A stretch of 64,000 nt of DNA from Synechococcus sp. (GCA_047285305.1 JBJBDL010000003.1:1504001-1568000), one strand, 5' to 3'; positions 46,875-58,900 are shown, counted from the first letter of the stretch. Numbers and translations are program-made. The notes: a model not told the origin generated them from the sequence alone.

Positions 46875-49800
46875 TCAGGCGCTGAAATAACGCGCCTGGG
46901 AGTGGAGCGCCACCAATGCTGTTGTGCTCTGCTCCGGTTCGAGCTGATCGCTGGCGTCCATGCTCAAGCCGATCCGCTCAGCGCCGAGCCATTCCAGCTG
47001 CTGCCTGGAGTCAGACACATTCGGGCAGGCTGGGTAACCGAAGGAGTACCGACTACCGCGGTACCGCTGCGCCAGCACATCCCGCAGGGCCATGCCAGCT
47101 GGATCTGCGAAACCGAGTTCCGAGCGAATCCGGGCGTGCACCCATTCGGCCATCGCTTCGGCCATCTGCACCGCAAGGCCGTGGAAGTACAGGTAATCGC
47201 TGTAGCGATCGCCCTTGAACAGCTCCTGTGCCACCACAGAGGCCTTCTGGCCCATAGTCACGGCCTGCATCGGCAGCACGTCGGTCGGGCGTCCCTCAGC
47301 GTCCAGATCGTTGAAGAAATCGGCAATGCAGTAGCAGTTGCCAGACCGTTGACGGGGAAGCTCAAAACACCCGAGTTCCCGCGTGCCATCGGCATCGAAC
47401 ACACGAAGGGTGTTTCCATCGCGTCCCGCAGGGAAGTAGCCGTACACCGCCCGGGGGGTCAACAGTGACTCGTTGATGCAGCGCTGCATCCACTCCTGCA
47501 GCACCGGCTCTGCCTTCTCCTGAAGCATCGCCTCGTAGTCATCCCGACTCTGCTCCTTGGTTTTGCGGAGCATCCACTGGCCAGCGAAGAGAGCATTGCG
47601 GTCGAGGTAGTGGAAGACCTCGGCGATGTCGATGTCGGCCTCAGTGATCACCGCAGAGCTGAGAAAGGGCGGCACCGGTGCGGGTTCAGCGGGGACGGCA
47701 TCGGAGCGATCTGAGCTCACCGGCGGCAGATCCGCTGCCGGTGCATCCGAGGCGGAGGTAGACGTCTCCTCAGCGTTCTTGGAAGTTATGGACTCTTCAT
47801 CCAGGCCCACCCCTTGGGGCGCATCAGCAAGAAAGCCCTTGGTGTTGGTCCAGTTGTCGCTGCGCTTCGCATCCATCAATGCATCCATGAAGCGCAGATC
47901 AGCGAAGGCATCACGGCCGTAAATCACCTTGCCGTCGTAAACCTCACGACAGTCCTTCTGCACAAAGCGTGGCGTCAGGGCCGCACCGCCGAGGATCACA
48001 GGAACATCGATCCCCGCCTCGTTGAAGGCCTGGAGGTTGTCCTTCATGAAGGCCGTGGACTTCACCAGCAGACCGCTCATGGCGATGCAATCGGCCTGAT
48101 GTTCACGTTGGGCCTCAACAATGGCTTCACAGCTCTGCTTGATGCCCAGGTTGATCACCTCATAGCCGTTGTTGGTCAGGATGATGTCCACGAGGTTCTT
48201 GCCGATGTCGTGGACATCGCCCTTCACCGTGGCGATCAGGAACTTGCCCTTGCTTGTGCTCTCGCCCTCACTTTTTTCCATGTGCGGCTCGAGGTGAGCC
48301 ACGGCGGATTTCATCGTCTCGGCGCTTTGAAGCACGAAAGGGAGCTGCATCTGGCCACTGCCGAACAATTCACCCACCACCTTCATGCCATCCAGAAGGA
48401 AGGTGTTGATGATCTGCAGAGGGGGGTAGGTCTGCAACGCCTCATCAAGTGAGGGCTCCAGGCCGATGCGCTCACCATCAATGATGTGCTGCTTGAGCCG
48501 TTCCTCAATCGGCAGATCTGCAAGCGATGGGCCTGATGCACGAGCTTCCTTGGTACTAACTCCCTCAAACAGCTTGGTGAGTTCGGTGAGCGGGTCGTAG
48601 ACGCAGATGCCGTCCTCAAAACGGCGGTTGTCATTGATCAGATCTCGACACACCCTTTGGTGGTCATCACTGATCTTGATCAACGGGAGGATCTTGGCGG
48701 GGCTGACGATGGCCGAATCCATGCCGGCTTCACAGCAGTCGTGAAGGAAAACCGAATTGAGGGTGATCCGAGCCGCCGGTGACAGGCCGAAACTCACGTT
48801 GCTGACTCCGAGAACAACGTGTACGCCGGGGAGGTTTTCCCGGATCATCCGGATGGCCTCCACGGTGGCGCGACCATTCAGCCGGTCCTCCTCAATGCCA
48901 GTGGAGATGGGGAGGGCCAGGGGGTCGTAGAAAATCTCGTGGGCAGGGATGCCGAACTCGAGGGCATCGCGGTAGGCCCTCTGGGCGATGGCGAACTTCT
49001 TCTCGGCCGTTCTGGCCATCCCGTCTTCATCGATCGTGCCGACCACAACAGCGGCGCCGTAGCGGCGGGCCAGCTCCAAAACCTTGAAGAAGCGCTCGTC
49101 ACCGTCTTCGTAGTTAGTGGAGTTGAGAATGCATTTGCCCCCAGCCACCTTCAGGCCCGCCTCCATCTTCTGCCACTCGGTGGAATCGAGCATCAGGGGC
49201 AGGTTGACGTTGGTGACCAGACGGCTCACCAGCTTGTGCATGTCCCGTTCGCCATCGCGACCGACGTAGTCGACGTTGACGTCGAGCACGTGGGCGTTTT
49301 CCTTCACTTGCCCTCGGGCCACCGACACCAGCCCGTCCCAGTCTTCCTCCGCCAGCAGTTCGCGCACCTTGCGGCTGCCACTGGCATTGAGCCGCTCACC
49401 AATGATCAGGAAAGAGTTGTCCTGGTGATAGGGCGTGACGCCATATATCGATGAGGCTGCGGGCTCGTAATTGAGGCTGGGGCGGACATCCTCCGCGCTG
49501 GCGCTATCCCAGCGGGAGGGGCGTTCAGCCGGCTTGAGCTCCTGCGCCAGTTCCGCAAGGCTGCCGATGTGGGCCGGAGTGGTGCCGCAGCACCCACCGA
49601 TCACCTGCACGCCGAGGTCTTCAACGAAGTGCATCAGCTGCATCTTCAGCTCCACTGGCGTGAGGCGGTAATGGGCCACCCCGCCAACGTTTTCCGGCAG
49701 GCCGGCGTTGGGAATGCAGCTGACGGTGAAGGGGGAATGCTCAGAGAGGTAGCGAATGTGCTCCTTCATCTGCTCAGGACCGGTGGCGCAGTTCAGGCCG

Positions 49801-50501
49801 AGGATGTCGATCGGGAACGGCTCAAGGATCGACACCACAGCGGCGATATCCGTGCCGACGAGCATGGTGCCCGTGGTTTCCATCGTGACCGAAACCATCA
49901 GGGCACGCCGCTCACCGGTGGCGGCAAAGGCCTCTTCAATGCCCTGAAGAGCTGCCTTGATCTGAAGCACGTCCTGACAGGTTTCGACAATGAACAGGTC
50001 GACGTTGCCGGCGATCAGTCCCTCAGCCTGCTCGCGGAACGAATCCCGCATCGTGTCGAAGTCGATGTGGCCAAGGGTCGGCAGCTTGGTGGTGGGCCCC
50101 ATGGAGCCCGCGACAAAACGTGGCTTCTCAGGGGTGCTGAATTCATCAGCCATTTCCCGGGCCAGCTCAGCTGCCCGCTTGTTCAGCTCAAAGGCCTTTT
50201 CTTCCAGGCCGTATTCCGCCAGCACAATCGATGCCGCGCCGAAGGTATCGGTCTCGATGACATCGCAGCCCACCTCGAGGAACTGGCGATGCACAGCCTT
50301 TACTGCATCCGGCTTGGTGACTACCAGATTCTCGTTGCAACCCTCCAGGTCAGGACCACCGAAATCATCCGCAGTGAGACCAAGCCCCTGAAGGCTGGTG
50401 CCAGTGGCGCCGTCGAACACCAACACAGGACGCTGTGGCCCATGCAGGTACTCGAGGAATGCAGAGGTGGTGGCTTGCCGATCTGCCTGCGTCACCACCA
50501 T
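46875..50501 (-). CDS. metH: Cobalamin-dependent methionine synthase
   Basis: [45 protein letters not shown]. Confidence 0.98.
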   Translation of the reverse strand: MVVTQADRQATTSAFLEYLHGPQRPVLVFDGATGTSLQGLGLTADDFGGPDLEGCNENLVVTKPDAVKAVHRQFLEVGCDVIETDTFGAASIVLAEYGLEEKAFELNKRAAELAREMADEFSTPEKPRFVAGSMGPTTKLPTLGHIDFDTMRDSFREQAEGLIAGNVDLFIVETCQDVLQIKAALQGIEEAFAATGERRALMVSVTMETTGTMLVGTDIAAVVSILEPFPIDILGLNCATGPEQMKEHIRYLSEHSPFTVSCIPNAGLPENVGGVAHYRLTPVELKMQLMHFVEDLGVQVIGGCCGTTPAHIGSLAELAQELKPAERPSRWDSASAEDVRPSLNYEPAASSIYGVTPYHQDNSFLIIGERLNASGSRKVRELLAEEDWDGLVSVARGQVKENAHVLDVNVDYVGRDGERDMHKLVSRLVTNVNLPLMLDSTEWQKMEAGLKVAGGKCILNSTNYEDGDERFFKVLELARRYGAAVVVGTIDEDGMARTAEKKFAIAQRAYRDALEFGIPAHEIFYDPLALPISTGIEEDRLNGRATVEAIRMIRENLPGVHVVLGVSNVSFGLSPAARITLNSVFLHDCCEAGMDSAIVSPAKILPLIKISDDHQRVCRDLINDNRRFEDGICVYDPLTELTKLFEGVSTKEARASGPSLADLPIEERLKQHIIDGERIGLEPSLDEALQTYPPLQIINTFLLDGMKVVGELFGSGQMQLPFVLQSAETMKSAVAHLEPHMEKSEGESTSKGKFLIATVKGDVHDIGKNLVDIILTNNGYEVINLGIKQSCEAIVEAQREHQADCIAMSGLLVKSTAFMKDNLQAFNEAGIDVPVILGGAALTPRFVQKDCREVYDGKVIYGRDAFADLRFMDALMDAKRSDNWTNTKGFLADAPQGVGLDEESITSKNAEETSTSASDAPAADLPPVSSDRSDAVPAEPAPVPPFLSSAVITEADIDIAEVFHYLDRNALFAGQWMLRKTKEQSRDDYEAMLQEKAEPVLQEWMQRCINESLLTPRAVYGYFPAGRDGNTLRVFDADGTRELGCFELPRQRSGNCYCIADFFNDLDAEGRPTDVLPMQAVTMGQKASVVAQELFKGDRYSDYLYFHGLAVQMAEAMAEWVHARIRSELGFADPAGMALRDVLAQRYRGSRYSFGYPACPNVSDSRQQLEWLGAERIGLSMDASDQLEPEQSTTALVALHSQARYFSA

Positions 50502-50564
50502 CCATGCACCCTCGAGGAAGCACCGATCTTAAGAAAAGCTCAGGGCGAACTTCAGACTGTTCAT

Positions 50565-51479
50565 TCAGTAGATCGGAATACGGGTCACCCAGTGCTCATA
50601 GGCGGGGTCTCGTCCTTCGGTGATCGCCACGAGCTTGGCCTTCAGGGCATCCATCACAGGACGCTTGGCGTTCAGCACCGTTGATTCGATCTGACGGATC
50701 GGCGTCACCTTGGCGGCCGTGCCGGAAAGGAAGACTTCATCGGCGATGAACAACTCGGTTTTGTCCACCGGACGTTCAATCACAGGGATGTCCATCGCTT
50801 TGGCCAGTTCAATCACGCTGGCGCGGGTGATGCCCTCAAGGATGTCCTGATCAACTCCAGGCGTGATCAGCTGACCATCACGCACCAGGAACAGGTTCAT
50901 GCCGCTTGCTTCACTGATCTTGCCGCGACTGTTCAACAGCAATGCTTCGTCGAAACCGCTCTGCACGGCTTCCGTCTTGGCCAGGGAACTGGTGATGTAG
51001 GCGCCAGAGATCTTGCCGCGCAGCGGCAGGGAGCGGTCCTCCTGGCGGGTCCAGCTGCTGATCCTGCAGCTCACCCCCTCCGGAGAGAGGTAATCCCCCA
51101 GGGGGAGTCCGTAAATCAGGAAGTCGGTCTCGATGTTGTGCAGGCGCGGGGCGATGCCCAGATCGCTGGTGTACACAAAGGGCCGCAGATAGATCGGCTG
51201 ATCAGGCTTGTTGGCCTGCAGCATCGCAGTGAGAGCCGAGAGGATCGTCTCCATACTCAGATCCGTGAGCAGCAACCGGGCGCTCTGGCTGAGACGCCGG
51301 GCGTGCCGGTCAGCACGGAACAGCAGCATGGTGTTGCTGTTCTGGGGATCGGGAATGGCGCGCATTCCGCCGAAGGCACCGGTGCCGTAGTGCAGGGCAT
51401 GGGTAGCAATGGAGATCCTGGCCTCTTCGAAGGGGACGCACTGGCCCTTGAACCAGGCATAGGGCAGGAACTGATGCAT
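50565..51479 (-). CDS. ilvE: Branched-chain amino acid aminotransferase
   Basis: HALHYGTGAFGG, GKISGAY, EASGMN, ILEGITR, DEVFLSGTAA. Confidence 0.95.
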   Translation of the reverse strand: MHQFLPYAWFKGQCVPFEEARISIATHALHYGTGAFGGMRAIPDPQNSNTMLLFRADRHARRLSQSARLLLTDLSMETILSALTAMLQANKPDQPIYLRPFVYTSDLGIAPRLHNIETDFLIYGLPLGDYLSPEGVSCRISSWTRQEDRSLPLRGKISGAYITSSLAKTEAVQSGFDEALLLNSRGKISEASGMNLFLVRDGQLITPGVDQDILEGITRASVIELAKAMDIPVIERPVDKTELFIADEVFLSGTAAKVTPIRQIESTVLNAKRPVMDALKAKLVAITEGRDPAYEHWVTRIPIY

Positions 51480-51544
51480 CGCCGTGATGGATCCGATCGC
51501 TGAATCTTCTCACCACCGCGCACCGCAACACGGAGAATGGAGTC

Positions 51545-54500
51545 ATGCATCGCCTTGCCACCTGTCCGGGTCTGGACCCACCGGAAGATGTGGTGCTCGT
51601 GGAGCAGCCGGGCGCGGATGTGCTGTTCCTCACCAGCGCAGGCACTGACATCAGCTGCCTGGACGCCAGCTTGCCGAGCAACCAGGCCTGGAACGAGCGG
51701 ATCCGGGCGTTGCCCCTGAGCTGCCTGGAGCACCCAGCGCAGCTGGACCATTACCTCAACACCACCGCCCAGGCGGCGCACTTGATCGTGGTGCGCCTAC
51801 TTGGCAGCCGTGGTCACTGGAGCTACGGCCTGGAGCAACTGCAGCGGTGGTGCAGCGAAGCAAAACAGCGACAATTGATCGTCCTTGCCGGAACGGCTGA
51901 TCAGAGCAATGAGCTGCATGGGCTGGGCTCCTGCAGTCCTGAACTGGCCGATCAGCTGTCGGCACTGCTGCGGGAAGGCGGCATCGACAACATGGGGCGA
52001 TTCCTCGGAGCTCTCGAGGCTCTGCTGGAGGGCACTACCCCATCACCCGACAGCGTTGCGGTGGTGCCTTGTCCCGATCCGTTGCCCTGGGATTGGCGCG
52101 ATGAAGCCGGGGCTGCGGTGGGCGTGGTTTTGTATCGGGCCCAGTTTCAGGCCGGAGACCTAGCTCTGGCGGATGCCCTCACGGCCGCACTGCGAAAAGA
52201 GAGACTGCGGCCCTGTCTGCTCTGGGTCAGCAGCTTGAGAAACCCGGCGGTACAGGCCGGCGTCCACGACCTGTTGAATCAGCAAAACGCTGAGCTGGTG
52301 ATTGCGGGCACGTCCTTTGCCTCGGTGCAGACCGAACAGGCCGGCCTTGGCAGCCCTCTCTGGGATCGGCTCGATCGACCGGTGTTGCAACTGCTCAGCA
52401 GCAGCCGCAGCCGGGCCCAGTGGCTTGAGAGCAGCCAGGGGTTGAATCCGATGGATCTTTCGTTGCAGGTGGTGATGCCGGAGCTGGATGCTCGGATCAC
52501 CACGCGGCCCTGCGGTTTTCGTGACCACCTTCAGACCACCGGCCCACTGGCCACGGCCATTCCCTGCCTGCAGCCGGATCCATCTGGACTCGCGTGGCTG
52601 GCCGAGCACAGCCGACGCTGGGTGGAGCTGCGACAGACCCCCTGTGCCAAGAGGCGCATCGCGATGGTTCTTGCCAACTATCCCGTGCGCGACGGTCGTG
52701 TAGCCAATGGCGTGGGCCTTGATACGCCAGACAGCACGGCGCGGATGCTCCGCTGGTTGGCTGACGCAGGCCATGACCTCGGTTCGGGAGCCTTGCCGGA
52801 TTCAGGCGATGGCTTGATGCAACAGCTGTTGTCCGGTCGCACCAATGCACCGGAAGGACAGCACCGCCCAGCGCTGGATCATCTGCCTCTCAACACTTAT
52901 CAACAGTGGTGGACCAGCGTTCCGGAATCGGCTCGACGCCTGATCGAATCCCGTTGGGGACCTCCAGAAGCCGCCTGCGACCTGGATCCAAACAGGGGGT
53001 TTGCCGTTCATGGCCTGCGCTTTGGCCATGTGGTGGTGCTGATCCAGCCGGATCGCGGCTATGACGCCGATCAGATCGCCGATCTCCACTCACCGGATCT
53101 GCCGCCACCCCACCGGTATCTGGCTCAGTACCTCTGGCTGCGCTGCGTGCATCAGACCCAAGTGATTCTGCATGTGGGTAAGCACGGCAGTGCGGAATGG
53201 CTGCCAGGCAAGTCGGTGGGGTTGAGCGATGCCTGCAGCCCCGAGCTGGCTCTGGGACCGATCCCTCACCTTTACCCCTTCATCGTCAACGACCCCGGCG
53301 AAGGATCTCAGGCCAAGCGCCGTGGTCATGCCGTGGTGCTGGACCACCTCACACCGCCCTTGGGGCGTGCTGGATTGCACGGACCGCTGCAACGGTTGGA
53401 GGGACTGCTGGATGAACTGGTGGAGGTGCGGCAGCTGGGCGGCCAGCGGACCCGGGTGCTGGAACAGGCGGTGCATTCCAGCCTGCTTTCCCTCAACTGG
53501 CCCGGAATCCCCAGCCAAGCGGAGGTTCGCTGCCAACCGGAGCTGCTGGAGACCTGTCTGGATCAGGCGGAGACATATCTCTGCGAGCTCAAGGAATCGC
53601 AGATACGTACGGGCTTGCATCGGTTTGGTGTGGCGCCATCGACAGAAGCCGCCGACGAGCTGCTGATCGCCCTGGCCCGTCCCCCCAGGCATGGGAAGCC
53701 CGGCTTGCTGCAGGCCATGGCCCTGCATGCAGAACTGGGCTTTGACCCCTGGCAGCAGGACGAAGGCGACAAGCTTTCCGAGGCGGATCAGAACCGCCTG
53801 AGGCTGCTGAGTGGCGCGAACTGCCGACGGGTAGGGGATGGTTGCGCGTGGCTGGAACAGCAGGCCGAGTTGTTGGTCCGGCGGATCATCCATGGGGAAC
53901 AGGGCGACGGATTGGCGCAACCCTTCCGGACCTGGAACCGGAAGGATCCCTGCCTGCAGAACCTTCACGATGACCTCTGGCCTCGCTTGAACGGTTGTGC
54001 CTCAGCCGAAAAAGAGGCCTTCCTGCGGGGCATACAGGGGCAGCGCATCGCTGCGGGGCCCTCAGGTGCACCGAGTCGCGGCCGCCCCGATGTGCTGCCC
54101 ACCGGCCGAAATTTTTATTCCGTCGATCTGCGGGGCTTGCCCACGGAAGCCGCCTGGGACCTGGGGCGACGCTCGGCGGAGCAGTTGCTGGATCTCCATC
54201 TGCTTGAGCAGGGGGAACCGCTGCGCCATCTGGCGTTATCGGTCTGGGGAACAGCAACAATGCGCAATGGCGGAGAAGACATCGCTCAGCTGCTAGCCCT
54301 GATCGGTGTTCGACCGGTTTGGGATGGCCCCACCCGAAGATTGGTGGACCTTGAGGTCATTCCAGCCCGTTTGCTTGGACGACCGCGGGTTGATGTGGTG
54401 CTGCGCATCTCCGGGCTGTTTCGCGATGCATTCCCCCAGTTGGTGGGCTGGGTGCATCAGGCCCAGTCGATGGTGGCAGCCCTCGATGAACCGGATGAAC

Positions 54501-55273
54501 TGAATCCCCTGGCCGAGCTCACCCGTCAAGGCGGGCACCAGGGACGCATTTTTGGATCCCCCCCCGGTGCCTACGGAGCCGGTCTGCAAGCCATGATCGA
54601 CAGTGGCGCATGGGACTCCCGAGCAGACCTGGGCCAGGCCTTTCTCAGTTGGAGCCAATGGTCGTACGACGGTGCCGCTGCCCCCAGCCTTGATCGTTCC
54701 GGTCTCGAGCAGGCCCTGGGCAGGGTGCAGGTGGTGCTCCACAACCAGGACAACCGCGAACACGATCTGCTTGATTCCGACGACTACTACCAGTTCCAAG
54801 GGGGCCTCAGTGCCGCAGTGGAAGAGGTTTCAGGAGCACGGCCGCAACTGTGGTTCGGAGACCATTCCCGCCCCGAACGGCCTCGCCTGCACCGGCTCGA
54901 AAAGGAACTGGACAAGGTGATGCGCAGCCGGATGCTCAACCCCCGATGGATCGAGGGAATGATGCAGCACGGCTACAAGGGTGCCTTCGAGATGGGAGCC
55001 AGCCTTGACTACCTCTTTGCCTACGACGCCTCCACCGATCGCGTTCCCGATTGGTGTTACGGCGCGCTGTGTGACCAGTGGCTTAGCCAGACGAGAATCC
55101 TCGACTTCCTTAAGGAGAGCAACCCCTGGGTGCTGAGGGACATGGCCGAACGAATGCTGGAGGCCTCAAATCGAGGCCTTTGGACGTCAGCATCTGAAAA
55201 GCAGCTGCTCCACTTGCAACAGCTGGTGAACAGCAGCGAAGCCCAGATTGAACGGGGTGGACCTATTTGTTGA
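51545..55273 (+). CDS. cobN: Cobaltochelatase subunit CobN
   Basis: MHRLA start, MPELDA, GKHGSAEWLPGK, NDPGEGSQAKRR, LPTGRNFY, NPRWIEGM. Confidence 0.96.
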   Translation: MHRLATCPGLDPPEDVVLVEQPGADVLFLTSAGTDISCLDASLPSNQAWNERIRALPLSCLEHPAQLDHYLNTTAQAAHLIVVRLLGSRGHWSYGLEQLQRWCSEAKQRQLIVLAGTADQSNELHGLGSCSPELADQLSALLREGGIDNMGRFLGALEALLEGTTPSPDSVAVVPCPDPLPWDWRDEAGAAVGVVLYRAQFQAGDLALADALTAALRKERLRPCLLWVSSLRNPAVQAGVHDLLNQQNAELVIAGTSFASVQTEQAGLGSPLWDRLDRPVLQLLSSSRSRAQWLESSQGLNPMDLSLQVVMPELDARITTRPCGFRDHLQTTGPLATAIPCLQPDPSGLAWLAEHSRRWVELRQTPCAKRRIAMVLANYPVRDGRVANGVGLDTPDSTARMLRWLADAGHDLGSGALPDSGDGLMQQLLSGRTNAPEGQHRPALDHLPLNTYQQWWTSVPESARRLIESRWGPPEAACDLDPNRGFAVHGLRFGHVVVLIQPDRGYDADQIADLHSPDLPPPHRYLAQYLWLRCVHQTQVILHVGKHGSAEWLPGKSVGLSDACSPELALGPIPHLYPFIVNDPGEGSQAKRRGHAVVLDHLTPPLGRAGLHGPLQRLEGLLDELVEVRQLGGQRTRVLEQAVHSSLLSLNWPGIPSQAEVRCQPELLETCLDQAETYLCELKESQIRTGLHRFGVAPSTEAADELLIALARPPRHGKPGLLQAMALHAELGFDPWQQDEGDKLSEADQNRLRLLSGANCRRVGDGCAWLEQQAELLVRRIIHGEQGDGLAQPFRTWNRKDPCLQNLHDDLWPRLNGCASAEKEAFLRGIQGQRIAAGPSGAPSRGRPDVLPTGRNFYSVDLRGLPTEAAWDLGRRSAEQLLDLHLLEQGEPLRHLALSVWGTATMRNGGEDIAQLLALIGVRPVWDGPTRRLVDLEVIPARLLGRPRVDVVLRISGLFRDAFPQLVGWVHQAQSMVAALDEPDELNPLAELTRQGGHQGRIFGSPPGAYGAGLQAMIDSGAWDSRADLGQAFLSWSQWSYDGAAAPSLDRSGLEQALGRVQVVLHNQDNREHDLLDSDDYYQFQGGLSAAVEEVSGARPQLWFGDHSRPERPRLHRLEKELDKVMRSRMLNPRWIEGMMQHGYKGAFEMGASLDYLFAYDASTDRVPDWCYGALCDQWLSQTRILDFLKESNPWVLRDMAERMLEASNRGLWTSASEKQLLHLQQLVNSSEAQIERGGPIC

Positions 55274-55817
55274 GGTCGCGAACCATCTGACGAAACGGAT
55301 CGATCGATCCAGGCTTGGAGGACGGCGCAGCGGAACCCGCCTTGGCCACCGGTTCCTCCTTGGGCTTCAACTCTTCTTTGCGGCCGACGGGAGCAGCATC
55401 TGCGGGAGCAGGGGTGTTCACACCAGTGATGGCGGTGCCCTTGAGGCGCTTGCTCATCTCCTCGGTGGTCACCTGCGTAGCGAAGGTTTTCTTCACCGGT
55501 GTGGGGATACCCGCGTTGAGGGTGATTGATTCCTCCTTCTTGACCACACCCCCAAGGCCTTCGCTGCGCTTTTCAAGCCTCTCGGTTTCAGCTGCGACCT
55601 CCATGATCTGTTCCTTCGTTCCGGGGCTTGCGGCCGTGCCGGGGAAGGTGCGGCGAATCGTCTTCGACTCGCGCATGTAGTTCACATCCCCCAGGGAAGA
55701 GGACGCATCAGCATCAAGAAAGAACTCGGCTGGCTTCTCCTTCGCTGGCTTGCGCGGCTGAATCGTGGAGTCGGAATCTGCGGCATCCTTTTTCAGCAGA
55801 CGATCCAAGAAGCTCAT
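55263..55817 (-). CDS. Conserved hypothetical K/E/P-rich protein
   Basis: EFFLDADASSSLGDVNYMR..IRRTFP; C-terminal DPFRQMVRDL. Confidence 0.75.
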   Translation of the reverse strand: MSFLDRLLKKDAADSDSTIQPRKPAKEKPAEFFLDADASSSLGDVNYMRESKTIRRTFPGTAASPGTKEQIMEVAAETERLEKRSEGLGGVVKKEESITLNAGIPTPVKKTFATQVTTEEMSKRLKGTAITGVNTPAPADAAPVGRKEELKPKEEPVAKAGSAAPSSKPGSIDPFRQMVRDLNK

Positions 55818-55844
55818 GTCGACCGGAACTGAGATGGAATGAAC

Positions 55845-56492
55845 TTAGCGGCCGCAAAGGTCAATTCCATGGGTATCGGTGCCACACGTACGCAAAAGGC
55901 CAAGGTTGCTCAGCTGAAGATCGATGGCCTCGCAGATCAACGGGCTAGCTGACCAGGTTGGTTGCATCTCGTAGTCGTACCAGGCCTCACCACCATCGAA
56001 ACCAAGCCGGGCCGCCTCATCGATCAGCAAGTCATGGCCAAGGCGGTAACGGGCGGGATGGGCCAACACTGCCAATCCACCTGCGTCATGGATGGCTTTA
56101 ACCACCGCCTCAGCCCTTAGCAGTTCACCGACGACGGCATCACCACGGTTGTAGGGCTGGAGCGAAGGGTGGTTGAGCTCGAAGCCAAGGGCGAGCACAT
56201 GAACGAGGCACCCCTTCAGCAGTGCACTAATTTCCATGCCGCTCCAGACCGTGGGGACCTCAACACCGCTGACACGCTGCTGATCCAGCCAGGCCTGGAT
56301 CTCCCGATGGGCATGGCTGCTGTGGTGATCCGTCACCGCCAGGTGCTTGAGACCCCGCTCGGTGGCCTGGTGGATGAGCTCGATCGGTTCGAGGCTGCCG
56401 TCACTGCAGACGGTGTGGCAGTGAAAGTTGTGCGTTGTTGGACAGCTCGACGGTCCCACCTGTTCGAGCACGGCTTTGAGGGGGTGGGTCAT
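55845..56492 (-). CDS. PHP-domain metal-dependent phosphoesterase
   Basis: FHCHTVCSDG, AVTDHH, GMEIS, LAHPARY, CGTDTHG. Confidence 0.9.
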   Translation of the reverse strand: MTHPLKAVLEQVGPSSCPTTHNFHCHTVCSDGSLEPIELIHQATERGLKHLAVTDHHSSHAHREIQAWLDQQRVSGVEVPTVWSGMEISALLKGCLVHVLALGFELNHPSLQPYNRGDAVVGELLRAEAVVKAIHDAGGLAVLAHPARYRLGHDLLIDEAARLGFDGGEAWYDYEMQPTWSASPLICEAIDLQLSNLGLLRTCGTDTHGIDLCGR

Positions 56493-56505
56493 CTCAACCC
56501 TCATC

Positions 56506-57078
56506 TCAGGCTTTAGCAGAGGCTTCGGCCCGCAGGCGGCGCCAACGGGCATAGAACTGAATGGACGCTGCCATGAACACCACCAGGGCAACGATGAACC
56601 AGGTCGCTGCGCTGGTGGGGAACTGCGTTTTGAACACCACCAGCATCACCACGATCACCAGCAGCAACGTGGGCAGCTCATTTAGGGCGCGCAGCTGCTT
56701 ACCCGACCAGGCACAGGTGCCGGCGTGGAGTTGGCCCATCAGCCTGTAACAGAAAACGTGGTAAGCCAGCAGGGCCGCCACAAAACCCAGCTTGGCGTGC
56801 ATCCAGCCCTGCTGAAGCCAGGAGGGCTGGGCCAGAAGCAACCCGATGGCCATCGACACCGCCACAGCCATCCCCGGCGTGGTGATGATGTTGGCGAGGC
56901 GTTTCTCCATCAAGGTGTACTGATCGCGGAACGGCTGCTGCAGTTCCGGCGCCAGTTCCTCCGTTTCAACGTGATAGATGAACAGGCGCACTAAGTAGAA
57001 GAGGCCCGCAAACCACACCACAACCCCAACGATGTGCAGGGTCTTGAACCAGAGGTAGGCCTCGGGCGAAAACGTCAT
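56506..57078 (-). CDS. hemJ: Protoporphyrinogen oxidase HemJ
   Basis: WFKTLHIV..WFAGLFYLVRLFIYH, MEKRL, WMHAKL, NELPT. Confidence 0.95.
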   Translation of the reverse strand: MTFSPEAYLWFKTLHIVGVVVWFAGLFYLVRLFIYHVETEELAPELQQPFRDQYTLMEKRLANIITTPGMAVAVSMAIGLLLAQPSWLQQGWMHAKLGFVAALLAYHVFCYRLMGQLHAGTCAWSGKQLRALNELPTLLLVIVVMLVVFKTQFPTSAATWFIVALVVFMAASIQFYARWRRLRAEASAKA

Positions 57079-57113
57079 CAACACAACTGATCTGGAGCGA
57101 CCTTACGCAGGGT

Positions 57114-58610
57114 TCAGGTGAGCGCGTCAAGAAAATCGCCGGCTCGACGCTGATGGGCCAATAGAACGTCGGGAGCCATGCGGTCCAGGTTGCGGGCCAT
57201 CATCGCCAGTCGGTATTGGCGCCGGAAGAAGTCCTGATGGCGATGGATGAACGTCCAGAACAGGCCATCCCAGGTGTCACACCACTCGCCTTTGCGGTAA
57301 TCCGACATCTTTCGAACGTAGTTCGAGCCTGAGAGATAGGGCTTGGTGGTGAAGATGCCACCATCAGCGAACTGACTCATGCCATAGACGTTGGGCACCA
57401 TGACCCAGTCGTAGGCATCCACAAACAGCTCCATGAACCAGGTGTAGATCCGGGTTGGATGGAATCCGCAGAGGAGCATCACATTGCCCAGGAGCATCAG
57501 GCGTTCGATGTGATGGCAATACCCGGTCTTCAGGGAGTGGCGGATGGCGTCATCAATCGGGGGTAGACCCGTGGATGCGGTGTAGAAGGCGGAGGGAACC
57601 GGCCGGTCGTCGAAGCCCCAGAAATTGCCGTTGCGCATCTCCACCCCGTGGCGCCGGTACATCGCCGCCATGAACTCCCGCCAGCCGACGATCTGACGCA
57701 GAAATCCCTCCAATGAATTGATGGGGATGTCACCGGCTTCAGCCCGCTCCAGCGTTCGATCCAGCACCTGCTGCGGGGTGAGCAGACCGATGTTGAGTAT
57801 CGGCGTGAGCACGCTGTGCCACATCACCTGGTGCTGGGTGCTGATCGCATCTTCGTAAGCCCCGAACTGGCGCAGGCGTTGTTCGAGGAATTGATCTAAC
57901 CAACGGGCTGCATCGCCATGGGTGACTGGGTAATGGAACCCGTCCCAGCTGCCGATGCCGGCCACCCCCTCCCCGATGAGCTGCTTCCGGGCAGCCTCAA
58001 CTAAGGCAACCGAGCCGCTCGAGCGTTCGGCAGGGGGCTCTGGAACCAGGATCCCCTTGGGGAGCTTCTTGCGGTTGTCGGCATCGAAACTCCAGCGGCC
58101 ACCGACAGGACCACCATCAGGATCGATCAGCAGATCCAGTCGCTTGCGCTGCATTTCGTAGAAGCGACCCATGAGGGGCTTCTTGCCGGAGGCGAAATGG
58201 TCTTCGATGACGGCTTCTGGGGTGAGCAGCATCGGGCTGGCGACGATCTCCAGACCGCAGCCGTGGCGGGAGGCGAAGGCAGAGATCCGTTGGTTCAGAA
58301 CATCGTCCACTGGATCCGCCAGATGAAAGGAGCTATAGCCCTTATCGAGCAGATCACCGAGGATCTCAGCCGTGCTGGCAGCCTGCCCCTGCAGCACCCG
58401 CAACACGGTGAAGCCCCTGGCCTGAAGCATCTCGGCATAGGCATTCATCGAGGCCCGATGCAGAAGCAGGCGCTGCCGATGCACCAGGATCGGCCAGCGG
58501 GGATCAGTGCCGAACAACAGCGGATCTTCTATCAGGGCCACGGCCCGTCCCGGCCGAAGCGCGGGATGGCGCTCAAACAGCTGATGGGGAAAAACAAGAC
58601 TGAGATCCAC
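57114..58610 (-). CDS. Prokaryotic (6-4) photolyase / PhrB-CryB family, Fe-S-lacking type
   Basis: VFPHQLF, GGRWSFDADNR, FGAYEDA, EGFLRQIVGWREF, HHIERLM, DAYDWVMVPNV, TKPY. Confidence 0.88.
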   Translation of the reverse strand: MDLSLVFPHQLFERHPALRPGRAVALIEDPLLFGTDPRWPILVHRQRLLLHRASMNAYAEMLQARGFTVLRVLQGQAASTAEILGDLLDKGYSSFHLADPVDDVLNQRISAFASRHGCGLEIVASPMLLTPEAVIEDHFASGKKPLMGRFYEMQRKRLDLLIDPDGGPVGGRWSFDADNRKKLPKGILVPEPPAERSSGSVALVEAARKQLIGEGVAGIGSWDGFHYPVTHGDAARWLDQFLEQRLRQFGAYEDAISTQHQVMWHSVLTPILNIGLLTPQQVLDRTLERAEAGDIPINSLEGFLRQIVGWREFMAAMYRRHGVEMRNGNFWGFDDRPVPSAFYTASTGLPPIDDAIRHSLKTGYCHHIERLMLLGNVMLLCGFHPTRIYTWFMELFVDAYDWVMVPNVYGMSQFADGGIFTTKPYLSGSNYVRKMSDYRKGEWCDTWDGLFWTFIHRHQDFFRRQYRLAMMARNLDRMAPDVLLAHQRRAGDFLDALT

Positions 58611-58612
58611 CG

Positions 58613-58900
58613 TCAGCTGTCCTCACCAGCAAGACGGCAGGCGCGTCGACCCAGGGCGGTGGCATAGGCGCGATCCACGGGTCCTTCCATGGGGCTCAGC
58701 TGGCCGGCACGGCAATTCATCACCACTTTTTCGCGATGGCCCTGCTGATCGTTGAGCCGCAGCACCAATTGCCAGTGGTTCTTGGCGCTGCGGGTGATGC
58801 CGTCGGCACACACAGGCCCTGTGCACAGTCCGGGAGACGCCCAGACCGGAGTGGCGAGAAGAAGCACTCCTGCCAGAGCCATGCAGAGATGACGGATCAT
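58613..58900 (-). CDS. Small exported Cys-containing hypothetical protein
   Basis: Signal peptide ending PVWA, four Cys in the mature part; ATGA overlap with uvrC. Confidence 0.72.
   Translation of the reverse strand: MIRHLCMALAGVLLLATPVWASPGLCTGPVCADGITRSAKNHWQLVLRLNDQQGHREKVVMNCRAGQLSPMEGPVDRAYATALGRRACRLAGEDS

Noticed and set aside
49569..50684. 371-aa plus-strand ORF
   Set aside because: Antisense to metH/ilvE; no family motifs.
50502..51544. Cobalamin riboswitch upstream of metH or cobN
   Set aside because: Intergenic gaps are only about 63-65 bp and show no B12-box sequence.
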